Source of the DNA: Thermodesulfobacteriota bacterium
GTDB taxonomy: Bacteria; Desulfobacterota_D; UBA1144; Nemesobacterales; UBA2774
NCBI GenBank assembly: GCA_965216785.1
Contig: OZ244197.1
Coordinates: 1,920,001 to 1,984,000 of the forward strand
Direction: 5' to 3'
Length of the DNA: 64,000 nt
The notes under the pieces were generated by a model. It ran no database searches. It was given only the letters and a program-made list of their open reading frames with translations, and was not told where the DNA came from. Every line of letters starts with the position of its first letter. Within the stretch, counting starts at the first letter, position 1. Of this stretch, positions 1-9,817 are shown in pieces. A program made the position numbers and the translations under genes.

Positions 1-927
1 TCCTCAATTGGTCTCGGGTGTCTCCAGATGAGCCGGGGGAGCGGTATGTCCGGGATTATGTGGCCCACTCTAAGCATAGGAGAAGTGAGAGATATTGTAA
101 AGGCTTCTATCACCGGCGGGATTAATTGGTTCGACACCGCGGAGCTCTACGGCTGGGGTGAATCTGAAAGGGCTCTGTCGAGCGCCATTGAATCCTTGAA
201 CGTAGAGCGCGGCGGTATCACGGTCGCGACTAAATGGTGGCCGCTTTTCAGAACCTCCAGCTCTATCACATCTACAATTGATAAGAGGCTAGAGTGTCTC
301 GGCGCGGAAACGATAGATCTATATCAGATACATAACCCGTATTCGTTTTCTTCTATAAGCTCGCAGATGAGAGCTATGGCGAGTCTTGTAGAGTCGGGGA
401 AAGTTCAGAATATTGGTGTCAGCAATTTCTCTGCAAAGCAGATGCGCAAAGCGCACGCAGAGCTCTCAAAGCTCGGGCTTGCCCTCGTCTCAAACCAGGT
501 TAAATATAGCCTTATCGACAGACGCATTGAGACGAACGGAGTGCTGGATACCGCCCGTGAGCTTGGAGTTTCGATAATCGCGTACTCGCCGCTCGGCAGA
601 GGGCTATTGACCGGAAAATTTCACGATAAACCCGAGCTTATGAGGAAAAGGCACATAGTAAGGAGGTTCTACGCCTCGTTAAATCAAAGAAATATAAAGA
701 CGACCTCCGCTCTAGTTGAAGCGCTTAAATCCGTATCGAAAAAATATCAGGTGACTCCCTCGCAGGCGGCTCTAAACTGGGTGATCAACTCAAACGGCGA
801 CCAGGTATTCGCTATCCCCGGCGCTACAAAGACAGGTCAGGCTGAGGATAACGCGGCTAGTATGAAATTTGAACTCTCGCAGGACGACATGGACTATCTG
901 TGTGAGATGTCAGCCCCTTTTAAATAG
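1..927 (+). CDS. Aldo/keto reductase (5' end lies upstream of the window)
   Basis: Frame open from base 1 (SSIGLGCLQM); motifs GINWFDTAELYG, VATKW, IDLYQIH, IGVSNFS, NQVKYSL, AYSPLGRG, IPGA. Confidence 0.9.
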   Translation, partial: SSIGLGCLQMSRGSGMSGIMWPTLSIGEVRDIVKASITGGINWFDTAELYGWGESERALSSAIESLNVERGGITVATKWWPLFRTSSSITSTIDKRLECLGAETIDLYQIHNPYSFSSISSQMRAMASLVESGKVQNIGVSNFSAKQMRKAHAELSKLGLALVSNQVKYSLIDRRIETNGVLDTARELGVSIIAYSPLGRGLLTGKFHDKPELMRKRHIVRRFYASLNQRNIKTTSALVEALKSVSKKYQVTPSQAALNWVINSNGDQVFAIPGATKTGQAEDNAASMKFELSQDDMDYLCEMSAPFK

Positions 928-938
928 GGTATTTCGAA

Positions 939-1346
939 CTACCTTATACAATCCTTATGGATAAACCACTCTGAGCGGTGATTTCTGTCGGCGCTTCCGG
1001 TAGTGAGCTCCAGTATCTCGTGCGTAAACTCGTGTCTCCAGATAAATTCTGCTTCCAATACATCTGACTCGGGCTCGGGAAAGGCAATAAAACCCCTTGT
1101 CTGGCAGCCGGCGGAGCTTACATCACCGCAGTTTAAGGACTCTCCGGTCACGATTACAACCGTAGGGGAGGGCAGCTCGTCCGAAACCCCCATACACGCC
1201 GACACGTCGTTATAAATCTCAAGCTCAGTCTCATTTAACTCCCTGCATTGGCTGAATTCACCCCAGGTATTGCAATCTGCGGTGAACTCGTCCCCTGAGC
1301 ATGAGAAAGTGAAAATCGCGCATACTAGACCCAAAACCCATTTCAT
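939..1346 (-). CDS. Hypothetical small Cys-rich lipoprotein with HExxH motif
   Basis: Signal peptide with lipobox-like FTFSC; HEFTH motif; several Cys. Confidence 0.6.
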   Translation of the reverse strand: MKWVLGLVCAIFTFSCSGDEFTADCNTWGEFSQCRELNETELEIYNDVSACMGVSDELPSPTVVIVTGESLNCGDVSSAGCQTRGFIAFPEPESDVLEAEFIWRHEFTHEILELTTGSADRNHRSEWFIHKDCIR

Positions 1347-1401
1347 AACTACCGAAGTATACCATCGTAATGGCCCTAGATGTTTGGATTCTTCCGGGGG
1401 T

Positions 1402-2397
1402 TTACTCGCCGCTGCCGAGGACTTCGCTGATGGCTGATATAACTTTTTCGTGGAACCTGCCGTTCGTTGCCACTATGCCTTTATTGGAAAGAAGCGTCCT
1501 GCCGAGCGAGAAATCGAGCTTCCGGCCATGGATGTCCGTTACGGTTCCACCCGCCTCTGTAACGATGAGCGCTCCTGAAGCGTGGTCCCAGATTTTCTCT
1601 ACGTAGTCTTTTCTGGTGGGAAGCCTTAGGTAAATCGACGCGTCGCCTCTGGCGATGACAGCGTATTTACACTGGCTGTCTATTCTGATAGGCGGGTTGG
1701 TTACGCCCAGAATTTCCGCAATCTTCTCCGCGTCTCCGTGCGAGGAGTGCGCCGACTCCACGGATTCGCAAAAGGACGCGTCTTTAGATTCTGCGGTATC
1801 TGAAACAAGGATTTTTGTTGACGAGCTTTCACCAAGCGGCTTAATGTACGCTCCTTCCCCTTTAATGCTCCAGAGCAGGCTGCCTGTACTGCTCTCAGGG
1901 TCGTTTATATTGAGCGGGAGATCGGGGCATCCGACTATTCCCAGTACTACTTCGCCGTTTTCTATGAGCGCAAGGGCGACAGCGTACTGCTCTGCCCTCA
2001 GAAACCCCTTAGTGCCGTCAATGGGGTCGAGGGTCCAGAGCCTTCCTTGTGCGCCTCCATCGGACGCGCCGCTGTCGATGGCCTCTATGACCTCAGACTC
2101 GGTTATGCCGGGCAAAAGGGCCGAAACATGCGTCATTATGTGCGCCAGGAGCGTCTCACCGCCCTCGGCTGTCAGTTCCGCCGTGTCCTCCTCCGCGACT
2201 ATGGGATCGTCCGGAAAAGCCTTGTTGAGCGCTTTGCAGATGACGGCCTGGGCGCCGAAATCGGCCACAGTGACAGGCGATTTGTCTTTTTTTGTCATAG
2301 TCTCTTCTGACACGAGTGAGGACTGTACTTCTCTGCACAGAAAGCAGGCTTTTTCCACTGCTTCGATAGCTATTTTGAGCTCGTTTTCAAATTTCAT
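1402..2397 (-). CDS. 3'(2'),5'-bisphosphate nucleotidase, HAL2/SAL1 type (inositol monophosphatase superfamily)
   Basis: KKDKSPVTVADFGAQ, AEED, LDPIDGTKGFLR, DSQCKY, EKIWDHASG motifs. Confidence 0.9.
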   Translation of the reverse strand: MKFENELKIAIEAVEKACFLCREVQSSLVSEETMTKKDKSPVTVADFGAQAVICKALNKAFPDDPIVAEEDTAELTAEGGETLLAHIMTHVSALLPGITESEVIEAIDSGASDGGAQGRLWTLDPIDGTKGFLRAEQYAVALALIENGEVVLGIVGCPDLPLNINDPESSTGSLLWSIKGEGAYIKPLGESSSTKILVSDTAESKDASFCESVESAHSSHGDAEKIAEILGVTNPPIRIDSQCKYAVIARGDASIYLRLPTRKDYVEKIWDHASGALIVTEAGGTVTDIHGRKLDFSLGRTLLSNKGIVATNGRFHEKVISAISEVLGSGE

Positions 2398-2526
2398 TAT
2401 ATCTCCGTATTAGTGCTTCTGAATTTATGGCGAAGGATTATACCATTTATGTGAGAAATGTGTGGAAACGATTTTATGTTTAACCACGAATTAACACGAA
2501 TGGGCGCGAATACATAAGGAAATAGG

Positions 2527-2554
2527 GAGATTGCTTCGCTTCGCTCGCAATGAC
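2527..2554. repeat. REP-like palindromic repeat GATTGC...CTCGCAATGAC, copy 1
   Basis: gagattgcttcgcttcgctcgcaatgac; related copies at 25886 and 32250. Confidence 0.7.
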
Positions 2555-2561
2555 AGAGTTA

Positions 2562-5500
2562 TCATTCTGAGGCTGCGGGTGCAGTGCGGCCCCGCATTCT
2601 TGCAAACCAGGCAGAGAAGTTGGTTTTGCCTTCAAGTACTAGGCTGAATACAGAGGGTACGAGTATCAGCGTGAACATTGTGGATACCAGTAGGCCTCCT
2701 ACTACGACGCTTCCGAGTCCCCTGTAGAACTCAGAGCCCGAGCCCGGAAGGAGAATTAGCGGCAGCATGCCGCATACACTCGTTGTGGTGCTCATGAAAA
2801 TAGGCCTGATACGGGATTTTACGGATTCTACGATTGCCTCTTTTGACTCCATCCCATGGTCCCGCATGTTGTTTAGCGCCTGATGCACGATGAGAATAGC
2901 GTTATTCACCACAATACCAATGAGGATAATAAACCCTAGCATCGTGAGCACGTTCAGCGGCATATAGATGAAGAAGTTCAGTATAAAAAGCCCCAGAAAC
3001 CCTCCGAAAGAAGCGAGAGGTACGCTGAACATAATGACAAGCGGGTATAGGAAGCTCTCAAACAGCGAGGCCATAAGTAAAAAAGCGATCACGGCGGCAA
3101 GTAGAAAATTCCACTGTAGAGCCTCACGCGTAACCGACAGATCATCGGCGCTCCCGGTGAGTATGGCGTTATATGAGCCTGATAGCTGTCCGCTTGCCTT
3201 TAGAGGGTCCAGTATTTCAGCGTTTATGAGATCGATCGCGGTTTCAAGCGGCATCTCCTCGGGCGGTATAATGGAAATCGCGATAGTCCTTTGCCGCTCG
3301 TAGTGGTTTATCTGCTCGGGGCCTGTCGTAACGTTTACATCCGCAAGCGACCCCACTGTAACCATTTTACCGCCCTCGGTGTTGACCATGAGGTCTTCTA
3401 TATCCTGAGTTCTATTTGCGTACTCGTCTATGCCCCTTAAGGTGAGGTCGATCTCATCGCCGTTTATCTGGAACTCGCTCACTGTGGCCCCATCCACAAG
3501 GGCGTTTAACATAAACCCGAGCCCTTCGTTTGTTATGCCGAGGTCAGAGGCCCTTTCCCTGTTAAGCACTAGCTGCACTTCGGGGTTGCCAAGGTCAAGA
3601 CTCGGAATAGGGCGTACCTGTGCGTCCGGGATCTTCTGCATGGCGGCAAAGAACACCTGCTGACCAAGCCCCACGAGCTTTTCCATGTCGGGGCCTGTAA
3701 GCTGAACGTTGATCGAACGGCCCTCACCGATACCCCTCTGGAATATGCTCGATTGCGTGACGATTGCTATCATCCCCGGAATCTTGCTGAGCGAGGCCTG
3801 CAATACGGGCATGACTTCTTTAATTCTGTGGGGCTCCTTAACACGAGCTCCCATAAAAGCCTGACGTCCACGGGCGACGTAGAAGAAATTCAGTATCGGG
3901 GGTCCGTCAAGGGCGGCGGCCTCGGGTGTGCCGGGCTCTGCCTCCCAATAGGGCCTGAGGTCAGCTTCTATCTGCTCACCGATCCTCGTGAACTCGTCTA
4001 TGTTGTAGCCCGGAGGCGGAATTAAAATGCCGAACACGAGGTTTCTGTTGCCCTCGGGCAGATACTCCGTCTTGGGGATCATTATCCAGCTAAGGAATAT
4101 CGCCCCGAGCGTAAACCCGGCGACAACGAATATTCTCGATCTGGTGCTTGAAAGTATTGTGTCTACAAACCCCGCGATCGTCGCCGCAATCCACCCAGCC
4201 GTCTGTGATAATCCCCAGAGGTTAGTGAAATTTTTGCCGGGCTTAGTTTTTACGACGCTAAGGATTTTTGCCGATATCGTAGGTATTACGGTGATGGATA
4301 CAATGAGACTAAGCACGACTGATACACTGATGGCTATAGCAATGTCCCGGAATAGCTGGCCCGCCTGGTCCTGGACGAATATTACGGGGACGAACACCGC
4401 CGCAGTGGTAAGTGTGCTCGCGAGTACCGCTCCCCACACTTCCACCGCGCCGTCATAGGCGGCTCGGGCGCGGGACTTGCCCATCTGCATGTGGCGGTAG
4501 ATATTCTCTAGCACGACAATGGAGTTATCGATGACCATTCCGACAGCAAACGCCATACCGGCAAGACTGATTACGTTAATAGTCCTTCCGAGCGCCGCCA
4601 TGACGAGGAAAGTTCCGACGATGCTGATAGGAATGGCTGTCGCTACGATGAGCGTGCTGCTGCCGCTACGTAAGAATAGCAGGAGCACCGCTATTGCCAG
4701 GAGGCCCCCTATGACCAGGTTCTGCTGCACGAGGCTGATGGCGCTTTTTATGTATCCGGTTTCCTCATAGACGTTAATGAGATAGAGGCCTCTTTTCTTT
4801 AGCTCGCCTTCGTTGAGCTCTTCCATGGCTTCCATCAGCCCGGCCATGACTTCAATGGAATTAGCGCCGCTTTCCTTTACCGCGTTTACCGCGATCGAGG
4901 GCTCGCCGTTTTGGCGTACTGCAAAGTCAGCGTCCTTATAACCGAGCCTTACAGTGGCTACGTCGCGCACGTACACAGGCGCGCCGCCTCTTCTGGTGAT
5001 GATTACGTTCTCTATGTCTTCGGGAGAGCTGTATTCTCCGATCGTCCTGACGGTGTATCTTCTCTTACCCTCGTCGAAATCTCCGGCGCTGTAGTTGTCG
5101 TTCTCCGCCGAAAGCGCGGTGCCCATCTGAGAGAGAGTAATACCCCTTGCCGCAAGAGCGTTGGGGTCGACCAAGACCTGCATCTCCCGCTCATAACCGC
5201 CGTAGACGTTTGATGACCCGACTCCCGAGACACGCTCGAAGCGGGGTTTTATATAGTCTTCTGCGAAATCGTGATAGGTGTTAATATCGACGTTTTCATC
5301 CTCGGGTTTTAGGATGAACCAGGCCATAGCGCTCGCGCCCGTATCTGTCGTGCTGATGACAGGCTGATCTGCGTCGTCAGGGTAGTCTTCGACCTGGTTA
5401 AGCTTGTTTGAGACGTCAACGCTCGCGGCGTCGATGTCCGTGCCTATTTCGAACTCGAGCACGATAGTGCCAGAGGAGTCCTGGCTTTCGCTCGTCATCT

Positions 5501-5735
5501 CTACAAGGCTGTCCAGGGTTTTAAGCTCGTCTTCCTGGTCACGTATAATCTCTGTCTCAATTTCCTGAGGGCTCGCCCCCTGCCAGAAAGTTGAAACAGT
5601 GATCGTGGGTTTTTCCACATCGGGCGTTAGCTGTACGGGTATGCTGAAAAGAGCGATAAAGCCGAATAGTAATATGAAAATCACGGCTACGGCTACGCTT
5701 ACGGGTTTGTTGATTGAAGTTTCGACCAGTTTCAT
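2562..5735 (-). CDS. RND efflux transporter permease (AcrB/AcrD/AcrF family)
   Basis: 1057 aa; GMVIDNSIVVLENI, GIVVNNAIL and SRIRPIFMST motifs; 12-TM pattern. Confidence 0.95.
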   Translation of the reverse strand: MKLVETSINKPVSVAVAVIFILLFGFIALFSIPVQLTPDVEKPTITVSTFWQGASPQEIETEIIRDQEDELKTLDSLVEMTSESQDSSGTIVLEFEIGTDIDAASVDVSNKLNQVEDYPDDADQPVISTTDTGASAMAWFILKPEDENVDINTYHDFAEDYIKPRFERVSGVGSSNVYGGYEREMQVLVDPNALAARGITLSQMGTALSAENDNYSAGDFDEGKRRYTVRTIGEYSSPEDIENVIITRRGGAPVYVRDVATVRLGYKDADFAVRQNGEPSIAVNAVKESGANSIEVMAGLMEAMEELNEGELKKRGLYLINVYEETGYIKSAISLVQQNLVIGGLLAIAVLLLFLRSGSSTLIVATAIPISIVGTFLVMAALGRTINVISLAGMAFAVGMVIDNSIVVLENIYRHMQMGKSRARAAYDGAVEVWGAVLASTLTTAAVFVPVIFVQDQAGQLFRDIAIAISVSVVLSLIVSITVIPTISAKILSVVKTKPGKNFTNLWGLSQTAGWIAATIAGFVDTILSSTRSRIFVVAGFTLGAIFLSWIMIPKTEYLPEGNRNLVFGILIPPPGYNIDEFTRIGEQIEADLRPYWEAEPGTPEAAALDGPPILNFFYVARGRQAFMGARVKEPHRIKEVMPVLQASLSKIPGMIAIVTQSSIFQRGIGEGRSINVQLTGPDMEKLVGLGQQVFFAAMQKIPDAQVRPIPSLDLGNPEVQLVLNRERASDLGITNEGLGFMLNALVDGATVSEFQINGDEIDLTLRGIDEYANRTQDIEDLMVNTEGGKMVTVGSLADVNVTTGPEQINHYERQRTIAISIIPPEEMPLETAIDLINAEILDPLKASGQLSGSYNAILTGSADDLSVTREALQWNFLLAAVIAFLLMASLFESFLYPLVIMFSVPLASFGGFLGLFILNFFIYMPLNVLTMLGFIILIGIVVNNAILIVHQALNNMRDHGMESKEAIVESVKSRIRPIFMSTTTSVCGMLPLILLPGSGSEFYRGLGSVVVGGLLVSTMFTLILVPSVFSLVLEGKTNFSAWFARMRGRTAPAASE

Positions 5736-5825
5736 TTGATTATTATTGCCCCATCAAAAGGATTATTTGATCATTGTCGAGCCGGGCGTTACAACGTCCT
5801 AAAACTCTCACTAGGCATCAAAGCA

Positions 5826-6953
5826 CTAATTAACTTTGTTGTTTACGTCCGTGCCCTCGTTAACTATCTGAACCGGTTGGTTGGGCATGAGCCTCTCGTT
5901 TCCTCTGATAACTACTTGCTGACCTGTTTCTACCGGGCCCAGTACCTCGATCCTGCCGTCATACGCAGTTCCCGTGGTCACAGGGATGGGCTGTACTGCA
6001 CCGTCTACTACAACGTAAACGAAATTAGCGTTATTTTGAGTTACGATTGCGTCTTTGGGTACGAGCTTTACATTTGCGGGCTCGCCGATCGGAAAAGATA
6101 CCCGGGCTACCATGCCGCTTTTTACCGCGCCGTTTTTGTTATCTATCGTAACTTTCACAGGGAATGTCCTGGATTCACTGTCCGCCTGGGGTACGAGTGA
6201 GGTAATCTCTCCCTGAACGCTCTGTCCCGGAAGAGCATCAAAATCCACCGCTACCGCGCCTCCCTTTTTAATCTTACTGACATAGCGCTCAGGCATGTCG
6301 ATCCTAATCTCCACGGTTTCCGTATCTATGAGCTCGACCACAGGGCCGCCCTTCTCAACCCACTGACCGACTTCGGTGAACTCTTCTGTGATGTACCCGC
6401 TGAACGGGGCTTTAATCTCCGATTTGTCCAGATCGTACTGGTGGCTTTCTATCTGAGCCTGAAATTGCCTGATCCTTGCGCCCCAGGCGTCTTTTTCCGC
6501 CCTGGCGTCATCATGCTGCTTAACGGAAGCAACTCCCTTTTGCTCAAGCTCTTCAAAGCGCTCCTGGTCCTGTTTTGCCAGCCTGTACCGGGCTTGAGCT
6601 TCGCTTTTGGACGCTTTGGCTTCCTTTAAATCGATCTCGATATTCGTTGTGATAAATTTGGCTATTAAATCGCCCTTATTTACATACACCCCTTCCTCGG
6701 CGGGAAAGCTCTCCACAAGCCCTTCCACTTCGCTTGCGATAACGCTCTTTTTAACGGGCTCCACAGCGCCTACAAGAGTTACGGGTTTTTGTAAAGACTG
6801 CTCCTCTACTGTATCCACAACAACAGGGGCCGCGGGCTGGGCCTGAGCATGTACGAACGCAGCAGTCATGAGCAAGACTGCGGTACAAATAAGCAGATTT
6901 CCGGTAAATTCCATTATCGGTTTCATTATTTTCCCTGTAAATATATGATTCAT
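5826..6953 (-). CDS. RND efflux periplasmic adaptor (MFP) subunit
   Basis: Lipoyl halves flanking a coiled coil, IKAPFSG, SRTFPVKV; adjacent to RND permease; exact start uncertain. Confidence 0.93.
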   Translation of the reverse strand: MNHIFTGKIMKPIMEFTGNLLICTAVLLMTAAFVHAQAQPAAPVVVDTVEEQSLQKPVTLVGAVEPVKKSVIASEVEGLVESFPAEEGVYVNKGDLIAKFITTNIEIDLKEAKASKSEAQARYRLAKQDQERFEELEQKGVASVKQHDDARAEKDAWGARIRQFQAQIESHQYDLDKSEIKAPFSGYITEEFTEVGQWVEKGGPVVELIDTETVEIRIDMPERYVSKIKKGGAVAVDFDALPGQSVQGEITSLVPQADSESRTFPVKVTIDNKNGAVKSGMVARVSFPIGEPANVKLVPKDAIVTQNNANFVYVVVDGAVQPIPVTTGTAYDGRIEVLGPVETGQQVVIRGNERLMPNQPVQIVNEGTDVNNKVN

Positions 6954-6958
6954 TTAAC

Positions 6959-7594
6959 CTATGCCTTGATTCCATCTAAAAATATACTGACAAAGGTATC
7001 GATTACTTCTTTTTCGTTTGCTTTCTTTCTGTTTTTAGCTCCGAAAAGCTCACGCTCTATTATGTGGTTTACAATCATTCCGATAAAAGCTTGTGAAGCG
7101 TAGAGCGGCTTTACTTTCTTAAAAGTTTTATCCGTCACCCTTTTTTCGATGTAGTCGCAGATGAGCATGTTTACATACTCGACGTAGGTATCGAAAAACA
7201 TATCCGAGAGCTCATGTCCCTCGAGCGCGCTGAAATGAAGGAGTCTGATAAAGCTCGAGTCCTTGCCGCATTTGTCGAACATCCTCTCTGCAATCGCCGT
7301 GAAAAAGAGCCTTACGTCCTTAGAGTCTTTGTTCTCTAGGATAGGCATTTCGATTCCGGGCTCATCATCGATCTTCTTTTCTATAATCGCTCCGTATAGC
7401 TCTCTTTTTGTTGAGAAGTGTCTGAAAATTAGCGATTCGTTAACGTCAGCCCTCTCTGCTATCTCCTTAGTGGTGGTACCGTTAAATCCTTTTTCGGCGA
7501 AAAGCTCGATCGAGGTCTCGAGTATCCTGTCGCGCGTGCTGGGCTTTTCTTTTACTAAGGGTTCTTTTTTGGCCGCGGTTTTTTGTGTTGACAT
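6959..7594 (-). CDS. TetR/AcrR family transcriptional regulator
   Basis: N-terminal HTH: LFAEKGFNGTTTKEIAERADVNESLIFRHFSTK. Confidence 0.95.
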   Translation of the reverse strand: MSTQKTAAKKEPLVKEKPSTRDRILETSIELFAEKGFNGTTTKEIAERADVNESLIFRHFSTKRELYGAIIEKKIDDEPGIEMPILENKDSKDVRLFFTAIAERMFDKCGKDSSFIRLLHFSALEGHELSDMFFDTYVEYVNMLICDYIEKRVTDKTFKKVKPLYASQAFIGMIVNHIIERELFGAKNRKKANEKEVIDTFVSIFLDGIKA

Positions 7595-7619
7595 TTTTAT
7601 TATTCCCTGTACGCTGTAA

Positions 7620-7665
7620 GTAAGTAATTACTTACAAGCTACCAGTTGGGTGCCTGAGTGTCAAG
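7620..7665 (-). promoter_or_regulatory. Sigma70 promoter of tetR-MFP-RND operon with perfect 16-bp palindromic operator
   Basis: Minus strand TTGACA-17-TAGCTT immediately followed by GTAAGTAATTACTTAC (7620-7635). Confidence 0.7.
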
Positions 7666-7823
7666 AAGGGGGTCCGGCAGGAGCCTTAAAAGCGGGATTT
7701 GTTAATAGAATACGTTTTTTGAGAATATCTTCAATTTGAAACTCCCGGAAAAATCAAATATAAATATGCTGATTATAGTGAAACGCTTAAACCCGAATAT
7801 TACTTCAAAGAAGGGAATAATTC

Positions 7824-9338
7824 ATGACTGAGACTTTGTTAATGGTGCTTTTTATGGTTACGGGAGCAAGTGGGGTGCTCAATCTTTCACTCGATGACGC
7901 TCTTCGGATCGCTATAGAAAACAATAGGGATATACAGATAGAGCAGAAAAACGTAGAGGTCTCTGAGGGTGAAGTTACGGCGCAGGAAGGGGTGTTTGAT
8001 CCCGTTCTGAACATAACGTCCTCTTATACTGACAGTCAAACCCCAACGACCAGCACGTTTATTGAATCCGGAGAGATTAACGAGCAGGAGTTTAACGCTC
8101 AGTCAAATATCGAGGGGAACATCTCGACAGGAACTTATTATGACATACTTAACTTTTCCACTACCAGAACTGAGACGGACTCACCGATACAGGACCTTAG
8201 CCCGAGCTGGTTTAACAACCTAAGTTTCACAATAGGCCAGGAGCTACTTAAAAATTTCGGTATAGGAGTTAACAGAACTTTTATTGTTACCGCGGAGCGC
8301 TCGAGTGAAATTACCGTAAAAGAGCTTGAGAGCATTACTTCGGACGTGCTCCTATTGGTAGAGCGCCGCTACTGGCTTTTGGTCGCCGCAAGTCAGAACC
8401 TCGATCTTGAAAGGACGGCGCTAGATCTGGCAAAGGACCTTGAGCGGAGAAACGAAATACAGGTAGAGGTCGGAGTGCTGCCTCCTGTATCCGTTACCCA
8501 GGCAAAGTCTGAAGTGGCCGCAAGGGAAGTGGATGTGATCGTAGCGGAGAACAACCTTCAGGCGGCGGCGGATAACCTTAAAAATGTACTCGCCATGAAC
8601 CTTTCACAGGAGATTCAAACTACGGACGAGCCTACAACAGAGGTATTTAAATTCAGTGAAACGGAGTCGCTGGAAGTTGCATATGATGAGCGCCCCGAGA
8701 TGGACCAGGTGCTTTTGGACATAGAGAATAAGGAAACACTTAAGAAATATTACTCGAACCAAAGACTACCGCGGCTTGCGGTCGAGGGCACGGTAGATCT
8801 GCAGGGGTTAGGGGGAGATGAGAACCCCGACCGTGAGGGCTTCGGGGGGATACCCGAGCCTATACCGCCTCAGTTCCTGGGAAGTGGAGAAGCGTTCAGC
8901 CAGGTTTTCGGCGCCGATTTCCCGACCTGGCAGATACTAGGCGTATTCAGCTTCCCTCTTTTTAACCGAACCGCCAGAGGGGAGTACGTAAAGGCCACAG
9001 CGGAGCTTGACCGGAGCCAGATAACTCTTAGTAAAACAAAGGACGATATCGCACTAGAGGTAAAGAGCGCAATAAGGGAGATCGAAAACAGCCTGAGAGC
9101 GATCGAGGCGGCTAGAGTATCTATCGAGCTTGCAGAAGAGGTTGTTGAGAACGAGCAGGAGAGGCTGAACGTGGGTATCGGTACCACTAGAGAAGTGCTC
9201 GAAGCCCAGAGGGACCTGATTGACGCCGGAACCCGTGAAATCACGGCGATTGCTAACTATAACATCGCGCTTGCGGAGCTAGAGCGCGCCAAGGGCACTA
9301 TTCTTCAAAAAAACAGCATAGAGATCGGGCAGAAGTAG
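7824..9338 (+). CDS. TolC family outer membrane efflux protein
   Basis: Two OEP repeats (LSLDDALRIAIENNRDI; EQERLNVGIGTTREVLEAQRDL); divergent from RND operon. Confidence 0.92.
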   Translation: MTETLLMVLFMVTGASGVLNLSLDDALRIAIENNRDIQIEQKNVEVSEGEVTAQEGVFDPVLNITSSYTDSQTPTTSTFIESGEINEQEFNAQSNIEGNISTGTYYDILNFSTTRTETDSPIQDLSPSWFNNLSFTIGQELLKNFGIGVNRTFIVTAERSSEITVKELESITSDVLLLVERRYWLLVAASQNLDLERTALDLAKDLERRNEIQVEVGVLPPVSVTQAKSEVAAREVDVIVAENNLQAAADNLKNVLAMNLSQEIQTTDEPTTEVFKFSETESLEVAYDERPEMDQVLLDIENKETLKKYYSNQRLPRLAVEGTVDLQGLGGDENPDREGFGGIPEPIPPQFLGSGEAFSQVFGADFPTWQILGVFSFPLFNRTARGEYVKATAELDRSQITLSKTKDDIALEVKSAIREIENSLRAIEAARVSIELAEEVVENEQERLNVGIGTTREVLEAQRDLIDAGTREITAIANYNIALAELERAKGTILQKNSIEIGQK

Positions 9339-9474
9339 CTGGGCCCGCGCGCACTATTTTTGCAGGGAAGAATTCATAACTCTAATATTCAGTTTTCAAA
9401 TGAACTCTCTATATGTGACATAAAAATTATATTGGATATACTATTCCCGAATTTAGATTAAGGAGACATATAAT

Positions 9475-9804
9475 ATGGCCAGTGAAGCGATATTGGAATT
9501 AAGTGACGCTATTTTCGATGACGAAGTCATAAATAGCGATGTGCCAGTGCTTGTGGACTTTTGGGCTCCATGGTGCGGACCGTGCCGCGCTGTTGCGCCG
9601 ATTGTTGAGGAAATCTCCTCAGCTTACGAAGGTCAGATTAAAGTTGGTAAGGTGAACGTGGATGAAAACCCTTCGACAACTATGAAGTTCGGTATTAGAA
9701 GCATTCCTACTCTTCTCGTGTTTAAGGGCGGGGAGGCAGTGGAGCAAATTATCGGAGCAGTACCAAAGGGTGAGATAGAAAAAGCCCTCGATAAAGCCCT
9801 TTAA
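9475..9804 (+). CDS. trxA: Thioredoxin
   Basis: [19 protein letters not shown]; 109 aa; SD AGGAG. Confidence 0.97.
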   Translation: MASEAILELSDAIFDDEVINSDVPVLVDFWAPWCGPCRAVAPIVEEISSAYEGQIKVGKVNVDENPSTTMKFGIRSIPTLLVFKGGEAVEQIIGAVPKGEIEKALDKAL

Positions 9805-9817
9805 TCCCTAAGCGGAT

